A stretch of 64,000 nucleotides of DNA from an uncultured Candidatus Binatia bacterium (GTDB lineage: Bacteria > Desulfobacterota > Binatia > Bin18), in assembly GCA_965200965.1 (NCBI GenBank), contig OZ241744.1:3104001-3168000 (forward strand). Direction: 5' to 3'. Positions within the stretch are counted from its first letter, which is position 1. Each line of letters opens with the position of its first letter. The translations under genes were made by a program, and so were the position numbers. Positions 39,536 to 48,381 of the stretch are shown piece after piece. The notes under the pieces were generated by a model that saw only the letters and a program-made list of their open reading frames with translations, did not search any database and was not told the DNA's origin.

Positions 39536-40652
39536 CTCCCTGCTCGTCAATCCTCGTCAGATACACCCGGTCGGACCCCTGGTTGTCCTGTGGGCCGTAG
39601 TGCAGGGGGAAGCCACCCAGGTCAATCGTCTCAGCCTCTTGCAGCGCTTTCAGAAATCCTTCCCGGGTCGGCTTCAGCCCGGCCAGCCGCAGCCCTTCTA
39701 TCACCAGGCGGCCGGCCAGATAGCCTTCCAGCGACACAAAGCCCGACACGCTCTCAGGGTCTAGGGCGGTCAGGGCCTGCCGATATTCCGCTACCACAGG
39801 CGGGCTGTCCCCTCTGGGAAAAGGGACGACCTGCGTGACGTACACCCCGGCTCCATCAGGGCCGAGTTCCGCGGCCAGGGCCGAACTGCCGACAAAGGAG
39901 ATGTTGAGAAAATAGGGGTTGAAGTTGATCCGTCTCGCCCAGCGGATCATGGCTGCCGCCGGCTTGTAGGCCCCGATGATGACGATGGCCTCGGGACGGA
40001 AGCGACGCAGGTCAAGCAGGGCGATCTTCACCGCCTCGGTGTTGCGCAGATAGTCTGCCTCGGCGATGATGTCCATGCCGCGACGGGTGACAGCCCGGCG
40101 CAACCCCGACAGCCCGGCCCGTCCGTAGGAATCGTTCTGGTACAGGATACCGATACGTTGGACTTTCAGATCCTCGGTGAGGCGGGTCACCATCTCCTCG
40201 GTTTCCTGGTAGTACGAGGCGCGCACATTGAGCACATTGGGCCGCGGCCCGGCGTCGCGTAGAAACTCGGCCCCGGTAAAAGGGGCGAGGTAGGGCACGC
40301 CGGCCTCGGTGGCGATGGGCTGGGCCGCGGTGGAGGTGGGAGTGCCGACCGCGCCGACGAGAGCAAAGACACCGCGCCTGATGAGTACGCGGGTGTTGGC
40401 GATGGCCGCCTCGGGCTCATAGGCGTCGTCCAGAGACTCAAGGACGAGACGCTGACCGTGGACCCCACCCTGATCATTGATCCACTTGAAGGCCGCCAGG
40501 AGACCGAGGCGCATCCCCTGGCCGAGTTCGCTGGCCGGCCCGCTCAGGGCCGCGGACTGGCCAAAGACAATCCGGTTGTCTGCCCGCGTCTCCGCTGGCG
40601 TCAGCCCGAGCAGGACCACGGGGAACAGCGCTGTGCGAAAACAGCGAAGCAT
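39501..40652 (-). CDS. Periplasmic binding protein type 1 (LivJ/K-like), no permease adjacent
   Basis: Signal peptide; GQSAALSGP, LDDAYEP, VGTPT and NDSYG motifs. Confidence 0.9.
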   Translation of the reverse strand: MLRCFRTALFPVVLLGLTPAETRADNRIVFGQSAALSGPASELGQGMRLGLLAAFKWINDQGGVHGQRLVLESLDDAYEPEAAIANTRVLIRRGVFALVGAVGTPTSTAAQPIATEAGVPYLAPFTGAEFLRDAGPRPNVLNVRASYYQETEEMVTRLTEDLKVQRIGILYQNDSYGRAGLSGLRRAVTRRGMDIIAEADYLRNTEAVKIALLDLRRFRPEAIVIIGAYKPAAAMIRWARRINFNPYFLNISFVGSSALAAELGPDGAGVYVTQVVPFPRGDSPPVVAEYRQALTALDPESVSGFVSLEGYLAGRLVIEGLRLAGLKPTREGFLKALQEAETIDLGGFPLHYGPQDNQGSDRVYLTRIDEQGAFQPMRRMVPQ

Positions 40653-40724
40653 GGTGCCACCTCTCTCGATTATGCCATTTTACTTGTCAGGGCCGTAAGC
40701 GTGAACGATGCTCTCGTCCGGCTC

Positions 40725-41960
40725 TCACGAAAGCGTAGCGTTGAAGCGCATCGCCACGCAGGTGATGTCGTCCGATTGCGGGGCATCAACAGCAAACGCC
40801 TGCACGGCCTCAACCACCCCGGTCACGACTTCGTTCACGCTCGCCTTGCCCAGGCTGGCGAGTTTCTGGTCAAGCCGATCTTCTCCAAACTCCTCCTGGC
40901 CGGGGCTCTCGGCCTCGGTGACTCCGTCAGTGTACAGGAAGAGTGTGTCACCGGGTGCGAGTTGGACCTCGGCGTTACTATAGTCATGCCCGGCGGCTAC
41001 CCCTAGGACAAGGTTGCCGGTGGGCTGTAACTCTTCAACCCGGGAGCCGTAGCGCACCAGACGGGGAGGATTGTGGCCGCCGTTACAGTACTGGAGGCTT
41101 CCGCTGCGCAGGTCAAGCACTGCGTAAAACAAGGTGATAAAAATCAGCGCCTCGTTGTCTTCAGCCAGCAGATTGTTCACCCTGGTCAGGCAGTCAGCCG
41201 GCGACGGGGAGCTTTTGGCCACACTCTTGAGCAGGGTCCGGGTCACCATTGTGAACAGCGCCGCCGGAACCCCCTTGCCCGAAACATCGGCGATGACTAC
41301 CCCGACGAGATGCTCATCAAGGCTGAAAAAATCGTAGAAGTCCCCGCCGATCTCGCGGGCCGGGATCATCCGTGCCTGGATGGTGTGGGTCTCGTTGCTC
41401 GGCGGGGACTTGGGCAGGACAGACATCTGGACTTCCTTGGCCACTTCGAGTTCCCGCGTGATGGCAACCAGACGGTCGCGCGACTGCAGCGCGCTCTGTA
41501 AGGCCTGGATATGTTTGAGGGTCTTCTCGATGGTGATTTCGAGATCATTGAAATCAATCGGCTTGGTGACAAAATCAAACGCGCCCCGGTTCATGGCGGT
41601 ACGGATATTTTTCATGTCGCCATAGGCGGAGATGATGATCGCCCGCACATCGGGTTTGACATCCTCAAGTTGGCTCAACAGCGTCAGCCCGTCCATCACC
41701 GGCATGTTGATGTCCGAGAGCACAAGGTGGATGTCAGGGTTCTCTTTGAGCCTTTCGAGCGCCTCCTTGCCGTTATGGGCAAAGATAAAATCGAGTTCGC
41801 CACGCCGGATACGCCGGCGAAATTTCTGACGCACCAGCAGTTCAACGTCCTCTTCATCATCTACCACAAGAAGCCGGATGGGTGAGTTCTCCAAGATAGA
41901 CTCCTTCTTTTTGGACACAGCGAAAGATGATGACAACTTTTCCTCTGGAATGCGTTTCAC
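40725..41960 (-). CDS. REC-PP2C (SpoIIE/RsbU-like) phosphatase
   Basis: VVDDE, SDINMP and TKP (receiver); GGDFYD, ADVSGKG, YTDGVTE and DDIT (PP2C). Confidence 0.93.
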   Translation of the reverse strand: MKRIPEEKLSSSFAVSKKKESILENSPIRLLVVDDEEDVELLVRQKFRRRIRRGELDFIFAHNGKEALERLKENPDIHLVLSDINMPVMDGLTLLSQLEDVKPDVRAIIISAYGDMKNIRTAMNRGAFDFVTKPIDFNDLEITIEKTLKHIQALQSALQSRDRLVAITRELEVAKEVQMSVLPKSPPSNETHTIQARMIPAREIGGDFYDFFSLDEHLVGVVIADVSGKGVPAALFTMVTRTLLKSVAKSSPSPADCLTRVNNLLAEDNEALIFITLFYAVLDLRSGSLQYCNGGHNPPRLVRYGSRVEELQPTGNLVLGVAAGHDYSNAEVQLAPGDTLFLYTDGVTEAESPGQEEFGEDRLDQKLASLGKASVNEVVTGVVEAVQAFAVDAPQSDDITCVAMRFNATLS

Positions 41961-42322
41961 AGACTGCTCAGGGCCTCGCCGCGGCTGTCGTACATCGCCA
42001 GGATGTCGGTGAAACCGCTGATTTCAAAGACATGGGCGATGGGCTCGGTCAGCCCGCAGAAGCGAGTTGCACCCCCTTCCGCCTGCAAGCGACGGGCCGT
42101 TCCCAGAAGCACCCACAGACCCGCACTGCTGATGTAGTTCAGGTCGGTCAGATCGAACACGAGGTTCTGTTCGCCGGCTTCCGTCTGTTCCCGGATGGCG
42201 TTTTCCAGGATTTTGACATTGTTCCCGTCAACCCGCCCCACGGGACAAACGATTATGGCTTTGTCACTGCGCTCGGTTTGCACCAACAGCGTATGCTCAC
42301 TTGTCACTGTGCTGTCCCCCAA
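41957..42322 (-). CDS. STAS anti-sigma factor antagonist (RsbV-like)
   Basis: GRVD, DLTDLNYISSAGL (phospho-Ser) and VFEISG motifs. Confidence 0.92.
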   Translation of the reverse strand: MGDSTVTSEHTLLVQTERSDKAIIVCPVGRVDGNNVKILENAIREQTEAGEQNLVFDLTDLNYISSAGLWVLLGTARRLQAEGGATRFCGLTEPIAHVFEISGFTDILAMYDSRGEALSSL

Positions 42323-42758
42323 TCACGATTTGCAAGGTAATACGATTCCGGTCGCCGACACGCTCATAGGTGCTGCTGTCGGTGAGTTGCTTAGCCAGAA
42401 AGACCCCTAGCCCTCCGATCTGTCGCTCCGTCAACCCCAGGCTGGTATCCGGCTCCGGGGCCTCTTCAAAAGGGTCAAATTCCGCGCCGTTATCCTCGAT
42501 CTGCGCCACCACCTGACCGTGGGCAAGCGCGAGACGCAGGCACATCTCGGGCTCGGCAACCTCCGGCAAGGCGTAGCTGACGCTGTTGGTAATAAGTTCG
42601 TCCAGCGCCAAGTTCAGGCGTCCCTGGAGGTCTTCGCCCAAGGCGTGCGCGGCTCCGAAGTCCTGTATGGTCTGGGCGAGCATGGCAAGGGCCGACAGGT
42701 CGGTAGGCAGAGAGACCTCGACGCTGTTGCCGCTCGGTGCAGATTCATCAGGCTTCAT
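42297..42758 (-). CDS. RsbW/SpoIIAB-like anti-sigma Ser kinase
   Basis: LDELITN, EDNG..FDP and IGGLGV motifs. Confidence 0.9.
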   Translation of the reverse strand: MKPDESAPSGNSVEVSLPTDLSALAMLAQTIQDFGAAHALGEDLQGRLNLALDELITNSVSYALPEVAEPEMCLRLALAHGQVVAQIEDNGAEFDPFEEAPEPDTSLGLTERQIGGLGVFLAKQLTDSSTYERVGDRNRITLQIVIGGQHSDK

Positions 42759-42778
42759 TGGGTGTCCCTGTCAGACGC

Positions 42779-43756
42779 TCATGTGCTGGGTTCGGCCGGG
42801 TAATACACATAGGTCCGCTCCAGGGCTTCATGGAATAATCGGCACAAAGCCACGAATTGCTCGAAACGCTCTTCGTCTCGTCCGTCGACCGCCAGATTGG
42901 TTGCAGAACGGGACAGGGCCGCGTCCAGCCGTTCGGCAATAAGGTGTGGCTCTGCAGCAGGCCGGCCGCGGAGCCGTGGATCAATAATCTCCAGGCTGCC
43001 GCGGAGCTGGTCTACCGCAAAACGCAGCGAAGAGGGCAGCTCGGGGTCGTACACCAGAAAGTTCATCACCTCTTCGCCCCTGACCTGGGCCCCATGCACT
43101 TGGCAGTAGGCTTCAAAGGCATGACAACCCCCTAGCAGGCCGGCCCAGTCTGCCTCCTCGCCGGTCGAGTCCTCGAGCGCAGCGCAGTGCGCGCCGAGCA
43201 GAGAGCCGATGAGCTGGGCACGCTCCAGGAAGCGTCCGAGGCGCATGAAGTGCCAGCCGGTATCACGGCGCATTGAACTGGTGCATACGCCGTCAAAGAG
43301 TTGCACCGCCTCAACGATAGCCTGGTAGAGCCTGGCGGGTTCTGTGGCCCACACATCTACCAGAGCCAGGGACCGGAGGCGGAGGTATTCGCGGTTGAGG
43401 CTTGACCAGATTGCGTTGCTGATGGAGTCGCGGACCTGGCGGGCGTTCTCCCGGGCCGCGGTCAGACAGAACATAATAGAAACGGTGTTATCAAGCTCAA
43501 AGGTCAGATAGTCAGTCAGGGCGTAGCCGTCGGCAAAAAAGAACTCGTCCGCGTCCTCCGCGTCGCCATAGCTGTCCGCGCCCGGCGGACGGGTGTCAAT
43601 GCTGCGGAAGAGCCGTTGCCAGCCGGCGGCGATTTCTCGGGCCGGGCTGGAAGGCAGGCGCTCGAGTTGCAGCCTGAGGAGGCGGGCGGTGTGCTCAGTC
43701 CGCTCCAAATAGCGGTTCATCCAGTAGAAGGAATCGGCGACACGGGCAAGTATCAT
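42779..43756 (-). CDS. Alpha-E domain protein (DUF403)
   Basis: RVADSFYWMNRYLERTE, ARENAR and GRFLERA (ER motifs). Confidence 0.92.
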   Translation of the reverse strand: MILARVADSFYWMNRYLERTEHTARLLRLQLERLPSSPAREIAAGWQRLFRSIDTRPPGADSYGDAEDADEFFFADGYALTDYLTFELDNTVSIMFCLTAARENARQVRDSISNAIWSSLNREYLRLRSLALVDVWATEPARLYQAIVEAVQLFDGVCTSSMRRDTGWHFMRLGRFLERAQLIGSLLGAHCAALEDSTGEEADWAGLLGGCHAFEAYCQVHGAQVRGEEVMNFLVYDPELPSSLRFAVDQLRGSLEIIDPRLRGRPAAEPHLIAERLDAALSRSATNLAVDGRDEERFEQFVALCRLFHEALERTYVYYPAEPST

Positions 43757-45261
43757 AGATCGTCCTGTTCAATAACCCAGGCATCTTTGGAACCGCCGCC
43801 CTGGCTCGAATTGACCACCAAGCTGCCCTTGCGCAGGGCCACCCGGCATAACCCGCCCGGTACCAGTCGGGTGTCTACCCCGTGGAGTACAAAGGGTCTG
43901 AGGTCAACGTGACGCCCTTCGAGCCGCCCGTCAATCAGACACGGTGCCCGTGACAGGGCCAGGGTGGGCTGGGAGATGTAGGTGTCGGGCCGATCGCGGA
44001 GCCTGGCCGCAAACTCCTCACGCTCTGCCTGGCTGGCGTGCGGCCCGACCAGCATCCCATACCCGCCCGACTCGCCGACCGCCTTCACCACGAGTTGATC
44101 GAGGTGGTCCAGGGTGTAGGCTAACTCATCAGCTTCCCGGCACAGGTGGGTTTCTACATTGTCCAGGAGCGGTTCCTGGTCAAGGTAATAGCGGATCATG
44201 CGCGGCACATAGGCGTACACCGCCTTGTCGTCGGCCACCCCGGTGCCAGGCGCGTTGGCCAGGGCGAGGTTGCCGGCACGATAGACCTCAAACAGCCCGG
44301 GAACACCCAGGCAGGAATCCGGGCGAAAGACCTGTGGGTCAAGGAAATCGTCGTCAAGCCGCCGGTACAGCACATCCACCGACTGCAAGCCCTGGACGGT
44401 GCGCATGTACAACCGCTCACCCTGCACAATCAGATCATCGCCCCTGACCAGTTCAATTCCCATTTCCCGAGCCAGAAAAGCGTGTTCGTAGTAGGCCGAG
44501 TTATAGACCCCGGGCGTGAGCAGGGCGATAGTCGGCTCTTCTCCCGGCCGGGGCGTGAGGGAGCGCAAGACCGCCAGGAGTTCCTGGCCATAATGCTCAA
44601 CCGAGCGGACACGGTAGCGGCGGAAAAGACGCGGAAAGGCGCGCCGGATCGCATCTCGGCAGGCCAGCAGGTACGACACCCCGGACGGGACCCGGAGGTT
44701 GTCTTCCAGCACTTTGAAGCCTTCCTCGGTCCGTACAATGTCGCTGCCACACACCGACACATAGGCCCCAAGCGGAACCTGTACGCCCTCCATCTCGGGC
44801 CGGTAGTTGGGACAGCCGCGCACCAGATCGCGCGGCACAGTGCCGTCATTCAGGATGTGGCCGGGGCCGTAGACATCGGCCAGGAAGAGGTTCAGGGCTT
44901 CTACCCGCTGAATGAGACCGCGCTCCAGACCCTCCCACTCCTGGGCCAGCAGGAGACGGGGGACACAGTCAATGGGAAAAACCCGCTCAACCGATTCCTC
45001 GTCCCCGTACACCGTAAAGGTAATGCCTTCGTGGAGAAATGAGCGGGTCACCCGGTCCTGGAGCCGCTCCACCTCGTCCCGGGGCATCTCGCGCATGGCG
45101 TCAATAAGCATCCGGTAGTGGGCGCGCGGCCGGCTCTCAGACTCAAAGGTCTCATCAAAAAAGCGGCTGTCAATCTCGTAGCGCTCAAAGAACGCCCGCG
45201 CCGCGCTGTTGTCCTGGCTGCGATCCGACCCGTTGGAACTCATACTGCCTGGTATCGCCAT
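43753..45261 (-). CDS. Circularly permuted type 2 ATP-grasp protein
   Basis: GITFTVY, VLEDNLRVPSGVSY, NSAYYEH, VADDK and VVNSSQGGGSKD motifs. Confidence 0.95.
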   Translation of the reverse strand: MAIPGSMSSNGSDRSQDNSAARAFFERYEIDSRFFDETFESESRPRAHYRMLIDAMREMPRDEVERLQDRVTRSFLHEGITFTVYGDEESVERVFPIDCVPRLLLAQEWEGLERGLIQRVEALNLFLADVYGPGHILNDGTVPRDLVRGCPNYRPEMEGVQVPLGAYVSVCGSDIVRTEEGFKVLEDNLRVPSGVSYLLACRDAIRRAFPRLFRRYRVRSVEHYGQELLAVLRSLTPRPGEEPTIALLTPGVYNSAYYEHAFLAREMGIELVRGDDLIVQGERLYMRTVQGLQSVDVLYRRLDDDFLDPQVFRPDSCLGVPGLFEVYRAGNLALANAPGTGVADDKAVYAYVPRMIRYYLDQEPLLDNVETHLCREADELAYTLDHLDQLVVKAVGESGGYGMLVGPHASQAEREEFAARLRDRPDTYISQPTLALSRAPCLIDGRLEGRHVDLRPFVLHGVDTRLVPGGLCRVALRKGSLVVNSSQGGGSKDAWVIEQDDL

Positions 45262-45332
45262 TTTTTATCGGCCTGTCAAGGCTTGCACACCGCCACCAGA
45301 GACGACAACGCACCCGCGCCGGCCCATCGGTC

Positions 45333-46358
45333 TCAGTCCTCATCAAATTCCCGTACCAGCCACATACGCCCGTCCCGGGGCGCGGCCATTCTGGCCAGCC
45401 AACTGGCGCGAGCCGTCAGCTTTTTGCGGGATACAATGCCCCGGTCCGTGAGCAGAGATTTGAGGCCGGCCAGCCAGCACTCGTAATATGTCGGCCTGAC
45501 TGTCGGCTCCTGCCTTCCCGCGGCGGCGATATGGGCAATCAGCCGCGCCTGAAAATCCGCCCAGGCATAGTGTCCCCGCTCGCACAGGGCAACTGCCAGC
45601 GCAAAAGCAATGCCCTCCCACGGGTCCTGGAACAGCAGTTCACCGCTCTGCCGAGGCAGGGCGGCCTGTCCGGCCATATCGGCAACCCGACGTTGGGCGC
45701 TGCTTTCCCGAACCTTCGGATCAAGCCGCACCTCAGCCACGCCAATCATGGCGTCTCGCGTGACCAGCCCTGCCAGCTCGTCTTCGCCCAGATGCTCAGT
45801 TCCGGCCGGCCGTTGCGGAAGCGCCATATAGCGGGTCTGGGCACTGCTGTTCCAGACCAGGATTTCCCGCTCCGGACCGATCTCCACACCAAACTCGCTC
45901 AGCACCTCACGCGGCCGGCCACCGACCCGCGAGCGGTAGGCGTGGCTCTTGTACCAGAACGGCGGCAGACCCAAGACCGGCCAGGGATAGCACGAACACA
46001 AGACGCACACGACCACATTGTGAACCTGAGGGGTGTTTTCGACGACCATCAAATGCTCGCCCTGCAAGCCGCCAAACCCCAACTCGGCAATCGCCTCGGC
46101 CCCGTTTTGCAGCAGCCGTTCCTTATACGCCAGATCAACCCAGGCCCGAGCAACCACCTTGGCCCCGTTCAGGGGTCCAATATCATTCTCATACGCCTCC
46201 ACAACCGCATCCAGATCCCGGGGCGTCACAAGCCCATCTTCCTCCAGGACAGACCCTAGCGCCGTGGTCTGGATCTCACGCGCCTTGGTCTCCGCTCGAC
46301 TGAGCTGCCGTTGCGTATAGGCCGGTGCAGGGCCGTAGTGGCCGCGCTGATCGCTCAT
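45333..46358 (-). CDS. nthA: Nitrile hydratase alpha subunit fused to an NHase activator (P14K/NhhG-like) domain
   Basis: [26 protein letters not shown] and RDAMIG, followed in frame by [17 protein letters not shown]...YYECWL. Confidence 0.85.
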   Translation of the reverse strand: MSDQRGHYGPAPAYTQRQLSRAETKAREIQTTALGSVLEEDGLVTPRDLDAVVEAYENDIGPLNGAKVVARAWVDLAYKERLLQNGAEAIAELGFGGLQGEHLMVVENTPQVHNVVVCVLCSCYPWPVLGLPPFWYKSHAYRSRVGGRPREVLSEFGVEIGPEREILVWNSSAQTRYMALPQRPAGTEHLGEDELAGLVTRDAMIGVAEVRLDPKVRESSAQRRVADMAGQAALPRQSGELLFQDPWEGIAFALAVALCERGHYAWADFQARLIAHIAAAGRQEPTVRPTYYECWLAGLKSLLTDRGIVSRKKLTARASWLARMAAPRDGRMWLVREFDED

Positions 46359-46438
46359 GTCCAGTAGGCTAATGCCGACCGACCGGCCAGTCAAGCCGCA
46401 AGGCTCTCCCCCACCTTGACGTTCCCTCTGACCCGGCT

Positions 46439-46902
46439 TTGAATGCTCCCATAAGCCGATCCTTTCTCTGCTGCGTCCCGGCACTCCTCCTTATGCCCGG
46501 CCCCCCGTGGGTGGTGGAGGCGACCCCGGCCCTGACCGACCGGGAGATTGCAGAGCGGCTGACCCGGCTTGAAGAAGGGCAGCACGGGCTGCGGAAGACA
46601 TGGGCCAGTTGCGGGCCGACATGCAGCAACTGCGGGTAGACCTTGACCAGCAGTTTACCCGCCAGTCTCAACCGACCCTGGCAGTGTTGGCCGCCTTCAC
46701 AGCCCCCGTGGCGGCTATCATCGGCTTTGCGCTGTGAGGCCGGCGGACCATGATTCGCCCTTTTGAGCGGACGGTGCGCAGTCTCGCGGACCATATCGGC
46801 GGCAATCGGCGTTAGCTCGAAGCACTCCTCAACGCCTTCCGGGCCTCAGGTCAACGCACCCCGGAAGTCGCCGGGGTGCTGCGCCATTTTCACCTGTTGT
46901 AA
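46439..46902 (+). pseudogene. Coiled-coil/TM hypothetical gene, frameshifted with two in-frame stops
   Basis: LTDREIAERLTRLEEG, a frameshift near 46594, then DMGQLRADMQQLR..IIGFAL*GRRTMIRPFER..*LEALL..HLL*. Confidence 0.65.
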
Positions 46903-47008
46903 GGCCCGCCGGCTGCGCCCGCTCGCAGCACTTCTCCCCGGACCTCCCGCATCTTGCTCTCGCTCCCGCTGACGCGATAAGCTACACCGGCAGAAGGAGG
47001 ATGCCGCT

Positions 47009-47881
47009 GTGCATGAGTTTGATTTCGCTGTCCCAGACACCTTACACCAGGCGCTTGAGTTGCTGAGCCGCGCCAATGACGAGGCACGCCCCCTGGCCGG
47101 GGGGACCGACCTGATCCCCCAGCTTAAAGAAAACCGCTGTCGCCCGAGTCTGGTTGTGGACATCAAAAACATTCCAGAACTCAAGGTGCTGGCCTACGAC
47201 GCCAACGGGCTGCGCATCGGTGCCGCGGTGTCGTGTACCCGTATCGCCGGCTTTGCCGCAGTCAGGCAACACTACCCGGCCCTGGCCGAGGCCTGCGGCC
47301 TGATTGGCTCGTACCAGATTCAGAACCGGGCCGCCCTGGGCGGCAATATCTGTAACGCCGCTCCGTCGGCCGATGCGGTGCCGCCGGTCCTGTCATACAG
47401 CGGCCGGCTGGTGATTGCCGGCCCGAACGGACAACACCGCGAGCTGGCGGCAGAGACATTTTTTACCGGCCCGGGGCAAACCGTTCTGAGCAAGGGCGAA
47501 GTGCTGCTTGAGATATATCTTCCGCCACCCCCGGCCAACTCGGGCGCGGCCTATCTGCGTTTTATCCCGCGCGAGGAAATGGATATTGCGGTGGCCGGGA
47601 TCGGATCGTTTGTTCAACTCAGTAGCGACGGCCAGCGCTGCCAGCAGGCTCGGATCACGCTCGCCTCGGTTGCGCCCACCCCGGTCCGTGCCACCGAAGC
47701 CGAAGCGTTTGTAGCCGGCAAGGTATTAGACGCGAGCGCCATCGCCGAGGCCGGCGAGTTGGCAGCCAAAGCGGCGCGGCCTATCTCGGATGTGCGCGCC
47801 TCGGCCGCCTATCGGCTTGAGCTGGTCAAGGTCCTGACCCGCCGGACCTTGCAGACCGCGCTGCAAAGAGCCACTGGCTAG
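47009..47881 (+). CDS. Xanthine dehydrogenase/CoxM-like FAD subunit
   Basis: LAGGTDL and QIQNRAALGGN motifs; GAAGGAGG RBS. Confidence 0.92.
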   Translation: MHEFDFAVPDTLHQALELLSRANDEARPLAGGTDLIPQLKENRCRPSLVVDIKNIPELKVLAYDANGLRIGAAVSCTRIAGFAAVRQHYPALAEACGLIGSYQIQNRAALGGNICNAAPSADAVPPVLSYSGRLVIAGPNGQHRELAAETFFTGPGQTVLSKGEVLLEIYLPPPPANSGAAYLRFIPREEMDIAVAGIGSFVQLSSDGQRCQQARITLASVAPTPVRATEAEAFVAGKVLDASAIAEAGELAAKAARPISDVRASAAYRLELVKVLTRRTLQTALQRATG

Positions 47882-47894
47882 GAAGGAGACGCGA

Positions 47895-48371
47895 ATGAAA
47901 CGGGCCATAGACCTCACCGTCAACGGCGACCCCCACACCGCAATTATTGATGCACGCGAGACCTTGCTCGACAGCCTGCGCTATACCCTGAACTTCATGG
48001 GTCCCAAGGAGGGCTGCGGAAACGGAAACTGTGGAGCCTGCACCGTCATGCTGAACGGCCAACTGGTCAATGCCTGTCTGGTTCTGACCCTGGAGACAGA
48101 AGGGGCCGAGGTGCAGACAGTCGAAGGTGTGGCCGACGGAGACCAACTCCACCCGGTCCAGCGGGCCTTTATTGATAACGCCGGGCTGCAATGCGGGTTT
48201 TGTACGCCGGGTTTCATCATGTCGGCCAAGTCCCTCTTAGAGCGTAACCCGAATCCCAGCGAAGCCGAAATCCGTCTGGCGATTTCGGGCAACCTGTGCC
48301 GCTGTACCGGCTACGACAAAATCGTCAAGGCCATCCAGGCCGCATCCCAGGCTCTTTCACGCGCCGCCTGA
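47895..48371 (+). CDS. CoxS-like 2x[2Fe-2S] subunit
   Basis: GCGNGNCGAC, QCGFC and LCRCTGY motifs. Confidence 0.95.
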   Translation: MKRAIDLTVNGDPHTAIIDARETLLDSLRYTLNFMGPKEGCGNGNCGACTVMLNGQLVNACLVLTLETEGAEVQTVEGVADGDQLHPVQRAFIDNAGLQCGFCTPGFIMSAKSLLERNPNPSEAEIRLAISGNLCRCTGYDKIVKAIQAASQALSRAA

Positions 48372-48381
48372 GACAAGGAGA

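Noticed and set aside
45333-46358. NHLP RiPP precursor for the neighbouring ATP-grasp
   Set aside because: It retains the full CxLCSC metal site that NHLP leaders lack and has no core peptide; the ATP-grasp is CP type 2, not a graspetide ligase.
46439-46902. Stop-codon recoding (TGA at a probable Trp position)
   Set aside because: The same gene also has a TAG and a frameshift, and TGA terminates many intact genes here; ordinary pseudogene.
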